DNA from: Convolutriloba macropyga
Taxonomy: Eukaryota
NCBI RefSeq assembly: GCF_964194025.1
Contig: NC_134479.1
Coordinates: forward strand, 28,892,001-28,956,000
Length of the DNA: 64,000 nt
Direction of reading: 5' to 3'
Shown: positions 11,110-25,308 of the stretch, one piece after another
Layout: every line of letters starts with the position of its first letter
How positions within the stretch are numbered: the stretch's first letter is position 1
Translations under genes and position numbers: made by a program
Notes under the pieces: generated by a model
Told to the model about the DNA's origin: nothing
What the model saw: the letters and a program-made list of their open reading frames with translations, nothing else
Databases searched by the model: none

Positions 11110-14100
11110 TCAATATCCATATGATTGAGTGTTTGTGCTATTTGCTGCAAAAGAGCCAAACATCTGTTGCGCTGCTGTGTTGTATCCACTCGCGTACGGA
11201 TTGGCATACGCTGAAAATGAGTGATGAGCTGCCCAGTAGTGATGAGCATGTGCAGTGCTCAGCAGACCAGGTGTGGTGGCTGTTACATTAGGTGCAGCGT
11301 GGGCCATGGCAACCGCTGCGGCGTTCGCTGTTTCGTGAAAAAACTGGTTATTTGCTAGGTGAGCTGATGGGGTGACTGTTGCTGTCCTTGATGGTGTTTG
11401 CATAAACGGGTTGATTTTTTGAGCAGCAGCAACCGAGGCCAAATTCATTGGAGGTAAAGTTGCCATAGGGAATCCAGAAGCTGAAAAATGGGCTGCAGCT
11501 GCGGTATTATATGAGTGGAAGTAAGGTGAGATCTCTGAATGTGGTTGGTATCTGATCGTTGCGGTTGCATGGTCGCCGTATGCTGTGCTCTGTGTAAACT
11601 GTGCCAAACCGTGGAAGTCAAATTTATATGCGTATCTTTTGCCGTGGACTTTGCTCATTATGTTTTTGTCGTAGTAATATCTCAAGGCTCGTGAGAGTTT
11701 GTCATAGTTCATGTTAGGCTTTGATTTCCGTTCGCCCCAGCGCTTTGCAGTTTCATCTGGGTCGATGATTTTGAACTCGCCTGAGTTCCCCTCCCATTGG
11801 ATGCAATCAGCGTTTTTGCTGTCTGATAGTAGTTCCAGTAGGAATTGCCATAGTTGAATTTGACCTGAACCTAAAATAAACAGTCTGTTTTAATTCTATC
11901 ATTGTAAACCCGCTTGTGTGAAGAAATTTACAGCGTCTGTGATTTTATTTGCGTATCTTTGAAAAATAAAAGCTAGGAGGCGCGTAACAGTGCTTTTGCA
12001 CTTCTAGTTTTGACCTTCCACTTGAAAGGATAATCCCATGTCAGAAATATCGCCTCGTGTAACTTTAGTTTTTAACTCGGAACCCTCGAGTTTTTTTAAT
12101 CTTTTAAAATAAAGTTTTATTTAATAGGGATGAAACATCTTATGTATGAAAACTACTGCCCAGATTACAATCGATTCTTGGATTGTAAAGAAAACAGAAA
12201 AGATCGAATTGTTTTATATCCTGACGCCGAATTAAATTGTCTTGAAACTCAAATTTGTTATCTAGAATTTGTTTAACTCAAAGTTGTTAAAACTAGAAGC
12301 TGTTATCAATTTTTGTTCGCATTCGCCCTCATTTCTAAGGACACCTGGTTTTTAGAAACACTATTTGGTCAGAAAAAAAAACGAAAAGGCATAAAGATCT
12401 TTCGCTGTAATATTCTACTCCTTAAGGGCTTTCAAATGGCACTGCACTGTCTTTCTTCGAAAGGTATTTCGGGGGAGGGGGGGGGGGGGGGGGTAAAAAT
12501 GACAACAAAGAGCAAGCTAGCAGGTTTCGTGCAGTACCTTAAGAGACAGTGCAATATTGTAAAACTTTTCAGTGTTAATTTGTGCTATTATAAGTTGGAA
12601 CTAATTGAATTGAGACCATTGTACCTTTGTATAAGAGTGGGCTTTGAGTTGTAACAGGTCCTGATGATGTTTTGTATGTCGGACTCGAAAGTGATTTTGA
12701 TGAAGCCTGCTCTGAAACAAACAGTTATTGCAGCAAAATTGGAAACGTTTGCGATTACGTTTGTTGAACATTGAAACATTGAGTCTTAGATACTTTACCC
12801 GGGTCTTTACCCCCATCGGTATATTAACCCCCCCCCCCACCACCCCAGTCTTAGTTAACAAGCCATAATGGGGAGCTATAATGGGAAAGACCCCTGTGCA
12901 CCTACTCAACGAGCTGTTTTGGAAAATTTCAATAGAAAATCTGAAAACATATTGAAAACATATATTTCAAAACATATTGCTTAATAAAGACCAGAAATCA
13001 GCTTTCTTCTCGCAAACAAACAGCTAAATCAAAAACAAGGTCGTGTTTTCACCTTTTCAATTAGTGCTATTGATCTCATTTTGGTAAACAACGCCGCTAC
13101 TGTTGAGAGATAATTATAAGGCAAATTTTGATATTTTTGTCCAGCAAAGGAAATGATTCCCCGTGAATTTTTAAGATGGTTGTTAGTAACTATTTCCGCT
13201 TGCTGCTTTTTATGCCTTTTTATTACGCGCTATTCTTCGCGCTACAATGTAATTATGTCATATTGTAAAGATGCTTTTATTAACGAATTTCCTCTTTTGT
13301 TCAATTAACACTATTTTGGTAATCAAATTTGACTTTCTAAATTTTTGGAATTAAATAAGATTTTTGCCAAGGTTCTTAAATATGGACCTAGAACCCGAGG
13401 CAACAAGTTTGCGATTAGATAAATAATAAATGCTTTATAACTCGGCTAGTTATGATAATTTTATGACGAATGTGTAGCATATCTTAGTTGCGCAAATTTC
13501 ACCGGAAAGTTCTTTTTAGCGAAGGACTAAAATAGTTTTGAATTAAAATTAATAAGTTGGGCAATTCTGCAAACCTGATTTGTCATCAGCCTTTCGGGAT
13601 AGACCGTCGAAGTCGCTCGTTTTTGGGTCGACGTGATTGTAGATGCTCGCTGAAATAATAAAATTTGATCGTGTTAGTAATTTGAAGGAAAAATTTATTC
13701 AAAAATTACTCAAAAAACTGCCAAACACCCAATTTAAGGTATCAGTAAATACCCTGTTATTCACTGTGTTATTGAAGTTGTCTGGATTACTTGTCAATTT
13801 GTATTATGTCAATCATTGGGGTTAGGTCAATTTACAACATACAGAAAACTTTTTGTAAAGTATTTTAATCATCGAAATATTTCTTCAATTATTTTTGTTG
13901 ATCCGTATTATTTTAAATTTACTTAGATATTGAAAGAAAAGAAGTCATTTTGAGTAAGACCTGAAAAGCGTGATTAATGCTTTTAATTTGTTTGTGAATT
14001 TGTACCTTCTTTGATGAAGTTAAGGTGGCACCAAACAATCTCGCCATAGCATGATCCAAACATGTGAATGAAATCAGCTTTGGACAGTTGCGCCAAGTCC

Positions 14101-17100
14101 TTTCCATTTGTGTTGAGAGGCAATTTGTGACTTTCTAGACCTGTCAAGTGGTACTCTTTCGAGATCCAGTCGAGCCATTCTGACACGTGTACTCCAGACC
14201 AGAGTTCAAGATCTAAATTTATAGAAAGTTTAGTATTAGCAGAGAATTTTTTAAATTAGCTTTTAAGAAGAGGCTATTAAGAACCAGTCTAAAATTATAA
14301 AAATGGTACTTCCAGTGTCAGAATAAAGAGCTCATCACTTTATTCAAGTGCAAAATTTTTGCTACTAAAATAGTACGAGATTTATTATTATTATTTATTT
14401 AGTAGTATTTAAAAGCCACTCAGTAATGAAAAACTTTATTTAAGAAATAGTTCAAGAATTGGAGAAGGTAGCTTCTTTCGGAAGATTCGTTTTTTTTCAA
14501 AATTTACAATAATAATGACAATATATTGTTATGGTCTCAGGATTATTTTTTGTTTTTCTTTGATTTAACAGGGGCAATGGTTGAACAAAGTAATGGAATT
14601 TGATGTGTTTTATTGGGATGTATAAAATGTTTGATTTTGTACTAAACCCTGTTGAGTTGGTAGGTGGTTTTTTTTCGAAAGCGTGTCGCTGAAACACGTA
14701 AACTTTAAAATAGCAATTGATGGCTGATTTTAAAACTTTGGGACAATAGTGTGACAAACATATTTGTTTACACTTGTTTTTTTTTCGTTGCACTTCTTTT
14801 CAGCCTTCTATCGGTAAAAGGGTAGATTTTATATTTCGAGTTGCTAGATTTTTGCATGGTTCAGCGCCCACAAAATTTGCCCACATTTTTATGCTCTATA
14901 GAGTTGTGCTATTCCACAAATATTTGGGAACAGCAAATATTTCCTCAAGTGATTGCAAAAATCCTGCTGATTGATCTGACATTGTGTGATCTCACCCGTG
15001 AATGATTAATTACTAATATTACTAGTTATCACTCTTTACTAACTACTTACTAGTCTAGTTATAACGTAGTAGACAGTAGTAGTGGGCTAAAACACGTGCT
15101 TCACGTCTCTCGCACGATCGAAGGGGCAATTGAGCGATGAATGATTAAAGTGATTAAGCGAGTAGTGTAAAATGTGATCACACCTCTATGTGTGAAAAAA
15201 CAGGTGTTGTCTACCTCGTAATTACTCCCCATTCTTAGTTTGTTTGTTTGTTTTCTACTCTTCATCAATAGAGGGTGTTTTATTGTTTGTATTTCAGTTA
15301 TGATGATATAGTTATGTTTATGAAAATGTTAATGATGATACCTTTTTCCTAAAGTTTGGATAAAAAGTACTGTGAGAATAGAAAATTGTATTCAAATAAT
15401 CATTAGGAAGTACTTTTTTAATCAGTAAGAGTAACACTTTTTCGTAGGACATGACCTGACGTGATAATTTGCCTTACTTATTTCAGTTTCACTAAATTTT
15501 ACTAAATTTTGGGCAGCTATAACACCATATTGGGGTAATTTTCAATCAATTGTTTCAATTAGCAAAATTAAATATTCTGAATTTTGCTTTTAAAAATTGA
15601 GATAAAACAACTTATGTTTTTCTGAAGCGTAATGTTTTACTTTTCAGATGTGATATAGTTTTTATAGCCATGGTGTCTGTTCAGTTTGGTCCTGAAGTAT
15701 TAGAGAGAGAAGACACAAAGAGACTAGGATTGCGTCAGACTTCGACCGATTCTTCATTTGACAATACAGAAAAAATCAGAAACTGGATCAGCGAAAAAAG
15801 TGTCAAGGCATGTTTTAAATGAGCTTTTAAGAGTTGTGGATCTTTTATTTCCCACCAACGAATTTATGTTTTCGTAAACCTGTGTGAACAGACCACTGTC
15901 CATTTTGCTATGATATTGTTTAGTATATCTTGATAAAAGGTATGAATAGCCATAGCAATAAATGTAGACAACTATAGGGGTGTCATTTTTCAGAAAGTGA
16001 TCGACGAATTACTCCTAATGTATTTTTAAATCTGTCCTTGTTTTCTAGGCAATCCAAGAGCGCGCCGATAGCGACTTGACCCGAACAAGGCAGGTATACG
16101 ACCCAATTTTAAACACAGAGGAGTCTTTCGTTAAAGACATCAACAACTACCTAAGTCATAGAAAGCTGACTCAACAGCGCAAAAAGGAGATTCTGCACAA
16201 AAAGTGGAATGATAGGGTTTATGAGCCAATGGCAAATCAGATTGAACAGATCATGCATGGAACTTACTACCCTGATTTGAGAGATGTGAGGTTGAGAGAG
16301 TACCAGAACTATCTGGACCACCGAAACGAATTAGGTAAAGCCAAATTATATAAACCCATTACTTTCTCGGTATTTAATTTAAGGGCGCCTCTAAGTTTAA
16401 GGAACGAAGATTGTAAATATTCTTCAGAATTTTTGTCGATTATTAAAAATTTTGTCGATTATTAACCAAGCACTCAAAAAATGCAATGGATCGTTCAGGT
16501 TAAATTAGTTCCATAGAAGCTTCTTTGAAATCTTGTCCATGATGTGAACAATTTAAAAGTCTTAAATCTCTATCATTGTTCGAAAGTGACCTATTAAGTA
16601 CGCGTAGTGAATTTAGGTCACGTGTTTCTGGAGACATTTGATACGGAACAATACGATCCAATGCGAGTGTCGACCTTCGACAAGACATACGACAAAAACA
16701 AAGTGGTCCGAAGTCGCAGTGCTGACCCTCTGACGTCACAGGTATTGTACTTAAACAATAGCTTGATTTATGTGCTGTTCTAGTTTTCACTATTGGGCTG
16801 CATTTTATGCTAGGAATTGTTTTCTCTCATAAGACTGAAAAATTTGTAAAGTTTTTGGACTGAATTGAACTGATTGCGGATTTCCTAGATTAGTTAGAAT
16901 AAAATTTACAACTATGTAGAGGTAGTTCTACTGCTATGACAGTATGAAATAACTGAATTGTCCTTTTCTACTCAGTGTTTCAACGGCTTGGAAAGTTGTT
17001 TCTAAAATGTAAAGTTACTTCGTCAAAACATGAAAATTAAATGTCATTAAGTTAGTACTGGTTCTTGCGATTTTCGCCTCCGTTCCGAACTTAGAACCAA

Positions 17101-20100
17101 GTTGCTTCATAGTACCTGCTGAGATGCCTTTAATGAGTAGTCACTCTTTAGGAGACGATTCGGATTAATGAGGAGCAGACTATTATAAGGTGTGAGACGG
17201 GCAGAGTGGAAAGTGCCATGGAGACTGATGAGAGACATGCACCCAAACTGCCTATGGTCCCCCAGGGACGACATGGTGTGGGATCCAGGCTAGTTCTGGA
17301 AAGGGGGTGGTGGGGAGGAATTAAAGTAGCATATGAATGCATATAGTTTCAATGCATGATAGCGCTATACGTGGTCTACAAAAAACTGTTGTAAAAATGT
17401 GAGATTTGAATGGCTGTACTTCATATCAGAAAACGCGTGGGTGATTCGAAAAACGCAGTACTTGAGTGTTGAACTGGAATTTAAACAATTGCATAGAATT
17501 TTACAGAAGTATTTTGTGCCATATCTTCGAAAGTTTTCTGGTTGAATCAGTTCTCGTTGACAGAAGAGTGCTGGTAAATTGTCACATTTCAATTTTCTGT
17601 GGCAATGTTTTGGCCGGTGTGCACGTTAAATGCGCTGTAGTGTGATAATATTTCTGGGGGGGGGGGGGGGGTGCCATAGATCCCATGTCTCATTTTCCTC
17701 CCTCTAAAACGTGCCTTCATTCTTTATTTACCTTTTTAACATTTCACAATAGAGATTGTCACTTCGTAGAACTTCTAATTTTCTTCTGATTTCAGAGAAT
17801 GGATCAAGTTCCCAGAAGGAGACATTGACAGCAAAGTGAGATTTGAATCACGAAAGAGAATGAGAGGATATCTCTTAAACGGGGAATTCGATCATAGACA
17901 GTGGGAGGCACCCGAGGACAGAATGCGAAGCGCTGATTGGCTATCAGAAAAGAGCGACCAATACGATAATGCCAACCCGTCACAATTTCAAGTTGTTGCT
18001 AACCCAAACTAAAGTCGAATTTTGAATAAAAATTGTGTTCAAAATTCAGCAAAAAATGTCTCCTAATGACCTTCACTTCATAACAGAAGTCAATATTAAT
18101 ATCTGATGGTAGAGTTCTATTTATCTTAAAATGTTCGGAATTCATCATGTTGACAGTTGTAGCTTGAAACTTCGCTGAAGCCCAAAAATCCTCGACTTCA
18201 AGTGAACTCTTCATGTGATTGGAAATGTGATTTTGAATTTCATCACTGCCTTGCAAATACGACAAGTACAAATCCCTCGTTTATATGTGAAAATCATCGA
18301 TATTGCGTAATTTCATGGCTATTCATCATTATGGTTTTCATGTTTGGTGATCATTTGTCAATTGTAAATATGTAAAATACTAAAGTTGTACATTAGTTGT
18401 TTCAATTTGAAAAATTTAGTTTTGCAGCGTCTTTGGAGAGGGACTATATTTTTCTTACGGGACTATATTTTTCAATTATCTGGCCTTTAGTAGATTTCAA
18501 ATACGTTTTTTTTTCAAAAAAATGTGTAGTTTTCGAAGGCATTTTTTAGCCATGTGCAGCAATTTGATTTGTTTTTAGCATAAATTTGATCCTTTGTGGT
18601 CAAATTTGTTTCTGAATTGAATTTAGTTCAAGGATTGGTATTAGTTAGTTTCAGGTCAGATTTTTGTGTGTTGTATAAAATAGTTCTAAGTATATTTCAA
18701 AATTCGTCCTCTTGTATATTTTCTTTTGCCAAAATTTTTGTTGAAACCTGTTGACACTCTTGAATCAAAATTGGTCAAATGATGTGTATTTTGCTGATTT
18801 CTAATTTGTACATTTTCTCTTTTTTATTAACTTCACGACAATGCAGGTCTACGTAGCTATTGCAGCCACTCGCAGGCAATATACGCGGAAAATTTTGTGG
18901 CATAAATGGAATTATATGGCATAAATAGCACATATTTTAATGTTACTGATCTTTCAGCTCTTGGTATTTTCAATTCTAGTGAAACAGAACCTACCTTGTG
19001 GCAATGAGAGCCTTGTTGACGAACCCTCGCCTGCATACCCATCATCTTTTGGCCCCCTTTCCGAATCATTACATGTCGCATCTTTCGAGGAATCCTTGTA
19101 AAGAAGCGGCAATTCGGGAAGTTTATCCTTGTTCTCGGTATGTGAACTTGAAACACAATCTGATTGGTCGTTTGTTTGGTTGTTGATATCAATTGAAGAT
19201 TGAATTCTGCGATCATGATCTTCGCATGCATCGTTGATTGAAGCGGCTAAGTTTACTTCTAAACTGCCGCTTGTTTGATTATGAGATTTGGTGGTATGGT
19301 TATTGTGCGAGAAGTGAGTGTTTATTGAATTTGTTGGTATTGCATCTTTGCCGTGCAGGTCAAACTGATCTGAGGTCGTAATCGGTAGAACGCCGATCGA
19401 ACTGTATCTGGAATAAAGAAAAGAATCCACAACAAAACTGAAATTTTCTTAATTTTCTTTTCAAGGTGCTAAGAGATGGAATTAGTCACCTGATGACATA
19501 CGAAACAAAAAAATAGTTCAAGAAGCTACTGAAAACACTTATTCTGTCAAGCCTTTTGATTTTTGACTACCGCTTTTGGGTCTGGAAAGAGTGGCTAAGC
19601 CTCCATAATCATTAATTGTTCAACCTTAGTGATGGGCGGATTCATAACTTGTAAGATCATTTAAAACTAGCTGATGTTGCCCACGTGTTTGACAACATTT
19701 GTATAAAGTTCGTACTATTTCGCACAATGTTGCTACTGTGCAGGGGTTTCATATTGAGTATTGCCTAAATTAAAAGGACGGATGAGAAAAAATGATTCGC
19801 TTCGAATTACTTACTTAATTGCAGCATTTTCTTCCCCAAAAGTTTTCACGAAATTCGCGAATGTGTTAGCGATGTATTTGCTCTGCTGTAAAGACGCCAA
19901 ACCCCCAACGGTCGAAGTAGCCGGAGCCACTAATCCAGACGATGTTGAAGGGTCCAGTTGGTCGTTAGGAGCTGGGGTTGGATTTTGTGGTTGCGTGGGA
20001 TGATGGGGAATCCCCGCAAGAGACGATAGTGACGTCACGGGGCTGGATCTCTGAAACAAGATTTTTTTTTTGCGTGAATGTTGTTGGATTTTCAATCCGT

Positions 20101-21258
20101 ATGTATTCAAAGCAATTGAATTTGCTCTTTCATTCAACGAGTTCTTTTGAACAATTTCCGAAGACTTCTCCACATTTGTTTCTAGTTGTCCAAAAATAAA
20201 GTAGACCAAAGTTTATTTTTTCATAACTAGCAAAATTTTTAGTGGTATTGTCCGTTGTTCTACCTGTTTTTTTTTTGCTGAAATTGCTATACTTTGTCCC
20301 TTAGAATCTGCCCAAAAACGTATTGATTATATGCTAAAGGTTAACTTTGCTGTCTTACATCTGCGTTGAGTATGTTCGCGAGAAGGGAGGTCGCTCTCGG
20401 GTATCCACCTCGGAATGCGCCTGTGGAACCCAGAACAGACTCGGCAGAACCCACGGGTTGTTCCTGGCTCAAGGTATTCACATGACCGAATGCGTACTCG
20501 GGTATAGCGGCGGACTGCAAAGTGCTGTTTGGGTGATCCAGAGGACTCCTTGTATCTGATGTTGTTTGCAGAAGCGATCCGGGATAGTTTGGATGGTCGT
20601 CAATTTGACCATAGTGATCAATATTGAGATTTTTGAAGCTCTAAAAAATTGAGACTATATTTCGGGCGGCATTACAAATGAAACACAGTTTATGACCTGT
20701 AATAGGCAACGAACAACAATAAGGAAAAAACTGTGTTATTATTTTACTTGACCGGTAAAAAATTGGCCACATTTTGCAATCATTTAAATTAAATTTCTGG
20801 GCGTGTAAGTAATTTGTTAACAAATATTGCTTCCATAAGAAAAGCTCGCTGTAGGTTAAAAATTTGTGTATTGCTGAAGTGGTTACCCTTTTTAATCAGC
20901 TGGGAATTTCGTTTAACCTTACGAGTGAAAAACGGTTGCAGAATTTTTCGGAAGTCAAATTTGACTCTCGAAGGGAAGTACGCGTAGACTTCGGAAATGG
21001 CGGTGACCTGTTTTGTGCCATTATTTGTTTGCTTTTGTTGGCGTCTGTAAATTTGTTTTGTTTATTTGTTTGTTCTCTCTGAAGACAGAAAAGTCGTTTC
21101 CCCTGCCGGAATTTTGGGAGAAATCCGAAACACGTGCACTGTGGGAAACATAACTTCCGAACAAAGGAAGTTAAGACGACCTTTTCGTGTGACCAATTTT
21201 TCTGTTCACTTTTCACAATTTACGAAATTCGGGTACTTAATTAATTAATACTTACCAT
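11110..21258 (-). CDS. ERG: ETS transcription factor of the ERG/FLI1 subfamily (PNT plus ETS domains). Exons 21258-21256, 20640-20359, 20050-19815, 19407-18995, 14212-14006, 13649-13575, 12711-12625, 11870-11110
   Basis: The last exon encodes [17 protein letters not shown]...[42 protein letters not shown]. The PNT exon reads [24 protein letters not shown]...NGKDL. All seven introns are GT-AG and phase-consistent. The first coding exon is ATG alone; the 5' exons are less certain. Confidence 0.92.
15670..18012 (+). CDS. FAM228B: FAM228-family protein nested antisense in ERG intron 4. Exons 15670-15807, 16049-16334, 16617-16741, 17152-17288, 17796-18012
   Basis: Motifs [12 protein letters not shown]...[17 protein letters not shown] and [15 protein letters not shown] are typical of FAM228. 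The five-exon model is phase-consistent; introns 1 and 4 need GC donors. Confidence 0.75.
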
Positions 21259-22349
21259 TTGTGTTTATTCCTCTGTGAATTGTCCGATTTACAGTTATAG
21301 AATAAAAGTGTGACTGTTTTCTGATAAGATATTTTATTTTCAAGTGGTTGAAAGCTTGAAGGGAAAGATTCGATGCAATATCTTTAGTTTTCCAAGCGTG
21401 ATGAAGTGATTTGATTTCCTAACCTAGGAAATGGAATCCTTGCTTCCCATTGGGCAGATGATTATCCAATCGGATTGTCTGTTTCCCTTTCCGAGTCTTT
21501 TTCCTACTGGGAATAGAAAAAATGTGATAAAAGTAAACAATTGTCTATTTTTCCAGGATTTAAATAATTATCCTTAGTGGAGCGCTTATTGTTGATGCTC
21601 TGCCGCTTAACGCGTTGGAGAGTGGTATTTATTCCTTACAAAAGTAAAAGTTGACCGAATTTTACCCAAACCGAATTTTCTGCTTTCTGAATTTTGAACA
21701 TTTCAGCTTATTCTGAGCACGTATTGTACTTCCCATCTTGATTGTGTTGCTTGCCTTTTCCTTTTTTTTATATATGTGGATACATCGCTACAGGTCAATT
21801 GAAATTCCCCCTTTTTATAGAGGACTTCAAAATTTAAGTATTAAAATGGACGACTCGGCTCCATCACCAGCTCAGCTTCTAACTATTGTAACTCGGTGAT
21901 AACCCAGAAAGTATTGTTGACAGATTACATCTGGCCTTAGTTGCCAATGAGTCGTTTGTTTGCGATATTGAAAAATTTCGGTATAAAAAGCAGTCGGCTA
22001 AAAGTAGCTAAGAAACAAATTTACTGCAAATCCGTCGTTGATTTTTACTGTACTTACTGAATAATATGGAATCACTTAGCTTTGAGTTGTAGAATAAAAT
22101 AGGATTAAAAATGTATGAATCGAGAAATCGTAAATTAAGAACAAAAGCTAATTTAGATTTCTAACCAGCTGCATTGTTTAGCAGAACCTTGTGTTTAGCT
22201 CCGTTTCCTGGCTTTAAAACCCCATCAATTATTTCTACAGGAGCCTGCGTTTATTTTTCAGATCTAACTCTCGATTCGTTTCCCGTGTGCGTGATTTAGT
22301 AAGGTATGCCCCTTCCTCTATTGCCTATACCCGACATGTCATTTCTGAC

Positions 22350-24400
22350 TCTCTTATCCTGTGTCAAACTTGTTCACATGTATGTTAACTTTTCAACGCT
22401 TCAATCAATTTTGGACAGTTTTCAGACGTTTAAATTATTATGAACGGTGGATATCGTTGAGGAAGTTAGAATGTCTCAATTTTAATTAAGGCCGCCAAAA
22501 ATTGGACAAATATTTCGAAGTGCAAAGCAGTCAATGAAACGAGAACAATTCGAATAAAATGATTTGTAGAGTTTTAGTTTTTGGTTCATTTGAGAATTAA
22601 AATGTTGTCAAGGACAGTTAAATGGTTGAACAATTTTTTTACTAGACAATCTCAAAAGCGCACGACCAGTTTTTTTATGGAATAGGGACAATCGATCGAC
22701 TCTCCAAGTGGGATTCTCAAAACTAGAATAGGCTTAAAGGTGCTTCAAGTGTGTCCATATTGCTGTAGTGGTATTGTAAATACTGAAGTGACGAGTAACT
22801 GTTATGACGGGTTTCGCATTTTTGCTGAAACACTAGTCCAGAATTATTGAAGTAAACGCGGAAAACAGCTGGATGATCCAGCACTGCCTGCTGATAATGT
22901 AAAAATTTACTAGCTTAACTTCCAATCTAAAATTTGTGCATTTTTCATAACTATCTTACCGCATGCCTTTTGATTTCAGAAAAACAAACAAATAGAGACA
23001 TAATAGGGGAAAAATTAGATGAAATGACGAACTAAAAATTTATGATTATTCACTGCCAAGTTCTGCTAGTCTTTAGTCTTAGAGGTGAGCATTTAATTGT
23101 TTTTAATAGCCGCCCTCATCTTCTCAGCCGGCTATTATTGCGGTCGTATTTTTTTTTAATTCGTCAAACTTTTTTTCGCTTTACCATTTTGCCGCTTTTT
23201 CGACATCTTGCGTGAAATCTTTTTGACTTCTCTAGGCTAGTTTCTCTCTTCTCTCATTCTGCTAAAAGTGAATTTGAACATCAGTTGCTAAGCAAAGCAA
23301 TTCAAAATGAACAGAGTCGGTATAAAAAATTGAAGTCAGAAATAGAAACGGGATAAACCTATAAAGCCCAATTTTAGATGCCCGCTATTTGAACGTCGTT
23401 CCTATAAGTCTTAGTTACCACCTCTAATGCTTATTGGTGTTGATAGTAGCCCCTGTAGCCTCTCTCTAAGAAACAGAAGTATGTTCAACTACGAAATGCC
23501 ATCAAAATAAATCGGACTTAAAAAATATTTTTGTACAAAAATCTTTTTTTTTTTTCAATAAATTCTATTCGTTCAATCCCAATCATGCTTATTGGAATCA
23601 ACGGCGGCTATTTTCCGGCAATCTGCCGGTTATGTTTTATAAAGAAAATGTTCTCGAGTAATATGGTCTTTATTGAAACTTTGCATTTTTCACTAGGAAA
23701 TGGTTCCAGCAGTTTTTGGAAAGACGAGAAGCTTATTAATCTACTTTTGATAAGTTAGATATTGCTGAGATTTGAGCTTCAATCCACATTGCAGGAACGT
23801 CAGGCAAAGCATAGAAAATTTTTTAGACAATCCGCCCTTAAAAACAAGTCTATCCTGCATGAAATTGTGAACTACTGCATTTCTCACTCCCAAGCACTAA
23901 AAGTTATAAGCTCTTGACATTTGGGCAGCTGTTAGAAGAAATTCATGTAAAAAGCAATTTAATAAAATTGAACACAAATCCATTATGGAATTCTTGACTT
24001 ATAGAAAAGCTTGCTGAATGAAGATAATCTACCAATACCTGCGTATAGTATCTGAATGCAGTATCTGAATAAAAACACTGGACTGATCAGCAGCAAGAAT
24101 ATGGTACTTCTGAAAAGGGAATCGAAATCAAGTATAAGCGCAAAAAGTGCGGAATTAAGAAGTATTTGCTGAGTCTCAACTGCCATAATTTCGTTTTTTA
24201 AATGGTTTCAGTTTTCTTCCGCTATCTGTTCGTTATCCTTGAATGCAATTTTTTTTGAGGGCTTATCGTCTTGAAACTAACATTGTTTTGTCTTATGTTT
24301 GCTGAATATGCGTCGGTTTCCCGAACAGTTTTTCTGTATCTTGAATTTTGTTGCAAGCAATCGTCGAAGTTAAGAAAATTAGCGTTCTTCAATTTATTCG
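22350..24400 (-). mobile_element. Highly decayed LINE RT remnant interrupted by a Helentron-type element
   Basis: Degenerate equivalents of W..A.I..I, RLIS...KLLE and QGSVLG..LF..Y.NN on the minus strand with many stops. Boundaries approximate. Confidence 0.4.
23105..23634 (+). mobile_element. Non-autonomous Helentron-type element (HINE/DINE-1-like), family A
   Basis: 5' AATAGCCGC with nearby inverted copy GGCTATT. 3' GCGGCTATT (23604-23612) followed by the stem-loop CCGGCA-atc-TGCCGG and TATG. Flanked by T runs, no TSD. Confidence 0.8.
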
Positions 24401-25308
24401 CGTTGCTTTTGATTGTTTTGATTTAAATGGTCTGTTATTGCCTTGTACATGATCATTCAACTCTATTAAAGTCCTTTAGAAAATGACCAAACGACACCTC
24501 TAATTCTTTTAGCGCCCAATTTTGGTTGTAATAAAAGCAACATTTTAGCCGAACTAGATCACGATTCGAAGTTTCATCTAGCTGTCACGTGCATATTTTG
24601 TTCAATTTTTCACTTTTTTATTTTCAAAAATTGTAAGCTGTTGTGAAAATTAAACAAAATTCTAAATTTCTCTAGAAGCTTTAATTTTAGAGGACCAATT
24701 ACAATTTGTCAATCTCTTTTGCTCAGTTTGGTTTAACTGGTGTGCAAGAAGACTCAAACATCATAACTGGCGCTCTAAACGAATTGCATGACTAGGTCAT
24801 GAAGGCACCTTGAAGTAAGATAGTGTTTTTTCTTTCGTTTTTTATATCACAGGTAATTCAATTTCAACTTACTGATTTTCCTTTTTTTAATCTTCATATG
24901 CCTCAAGAAACCTCCAAATTGGGATCTAAATAAGTCCAAATTTAATTTTGGGTTTTTTTTCGGTTTCTTGAGCTCATCCGCAGGCACAAGCGTTCACGGC
25001 TTTGAGCTCTAATGCCCTAGGCTTCACAAATATAGTCATTTGTTTAGGGATCTATTGTTTTTGAGTTTTTTTTACATAAAACATTGAGATGCCTGATTTA
25101 TTGATTCCTTCGTTTTGAAGGAGTCACCTTTTATGAGGAATATATCTATTCTTCGGAGTGTTTATTTTTCGATTAATTTTTTCGAACAAATTTATCCAGA
25201 ATTTGATTAGATTTTCCCAGTGAACATTGCGCTGCATTTGTGTGCATCAAAAATTGAGAACCTTTTTGATCCAAGATTTACTTTCTTGCATTCGCTTTGT
25301 TTTATTCA

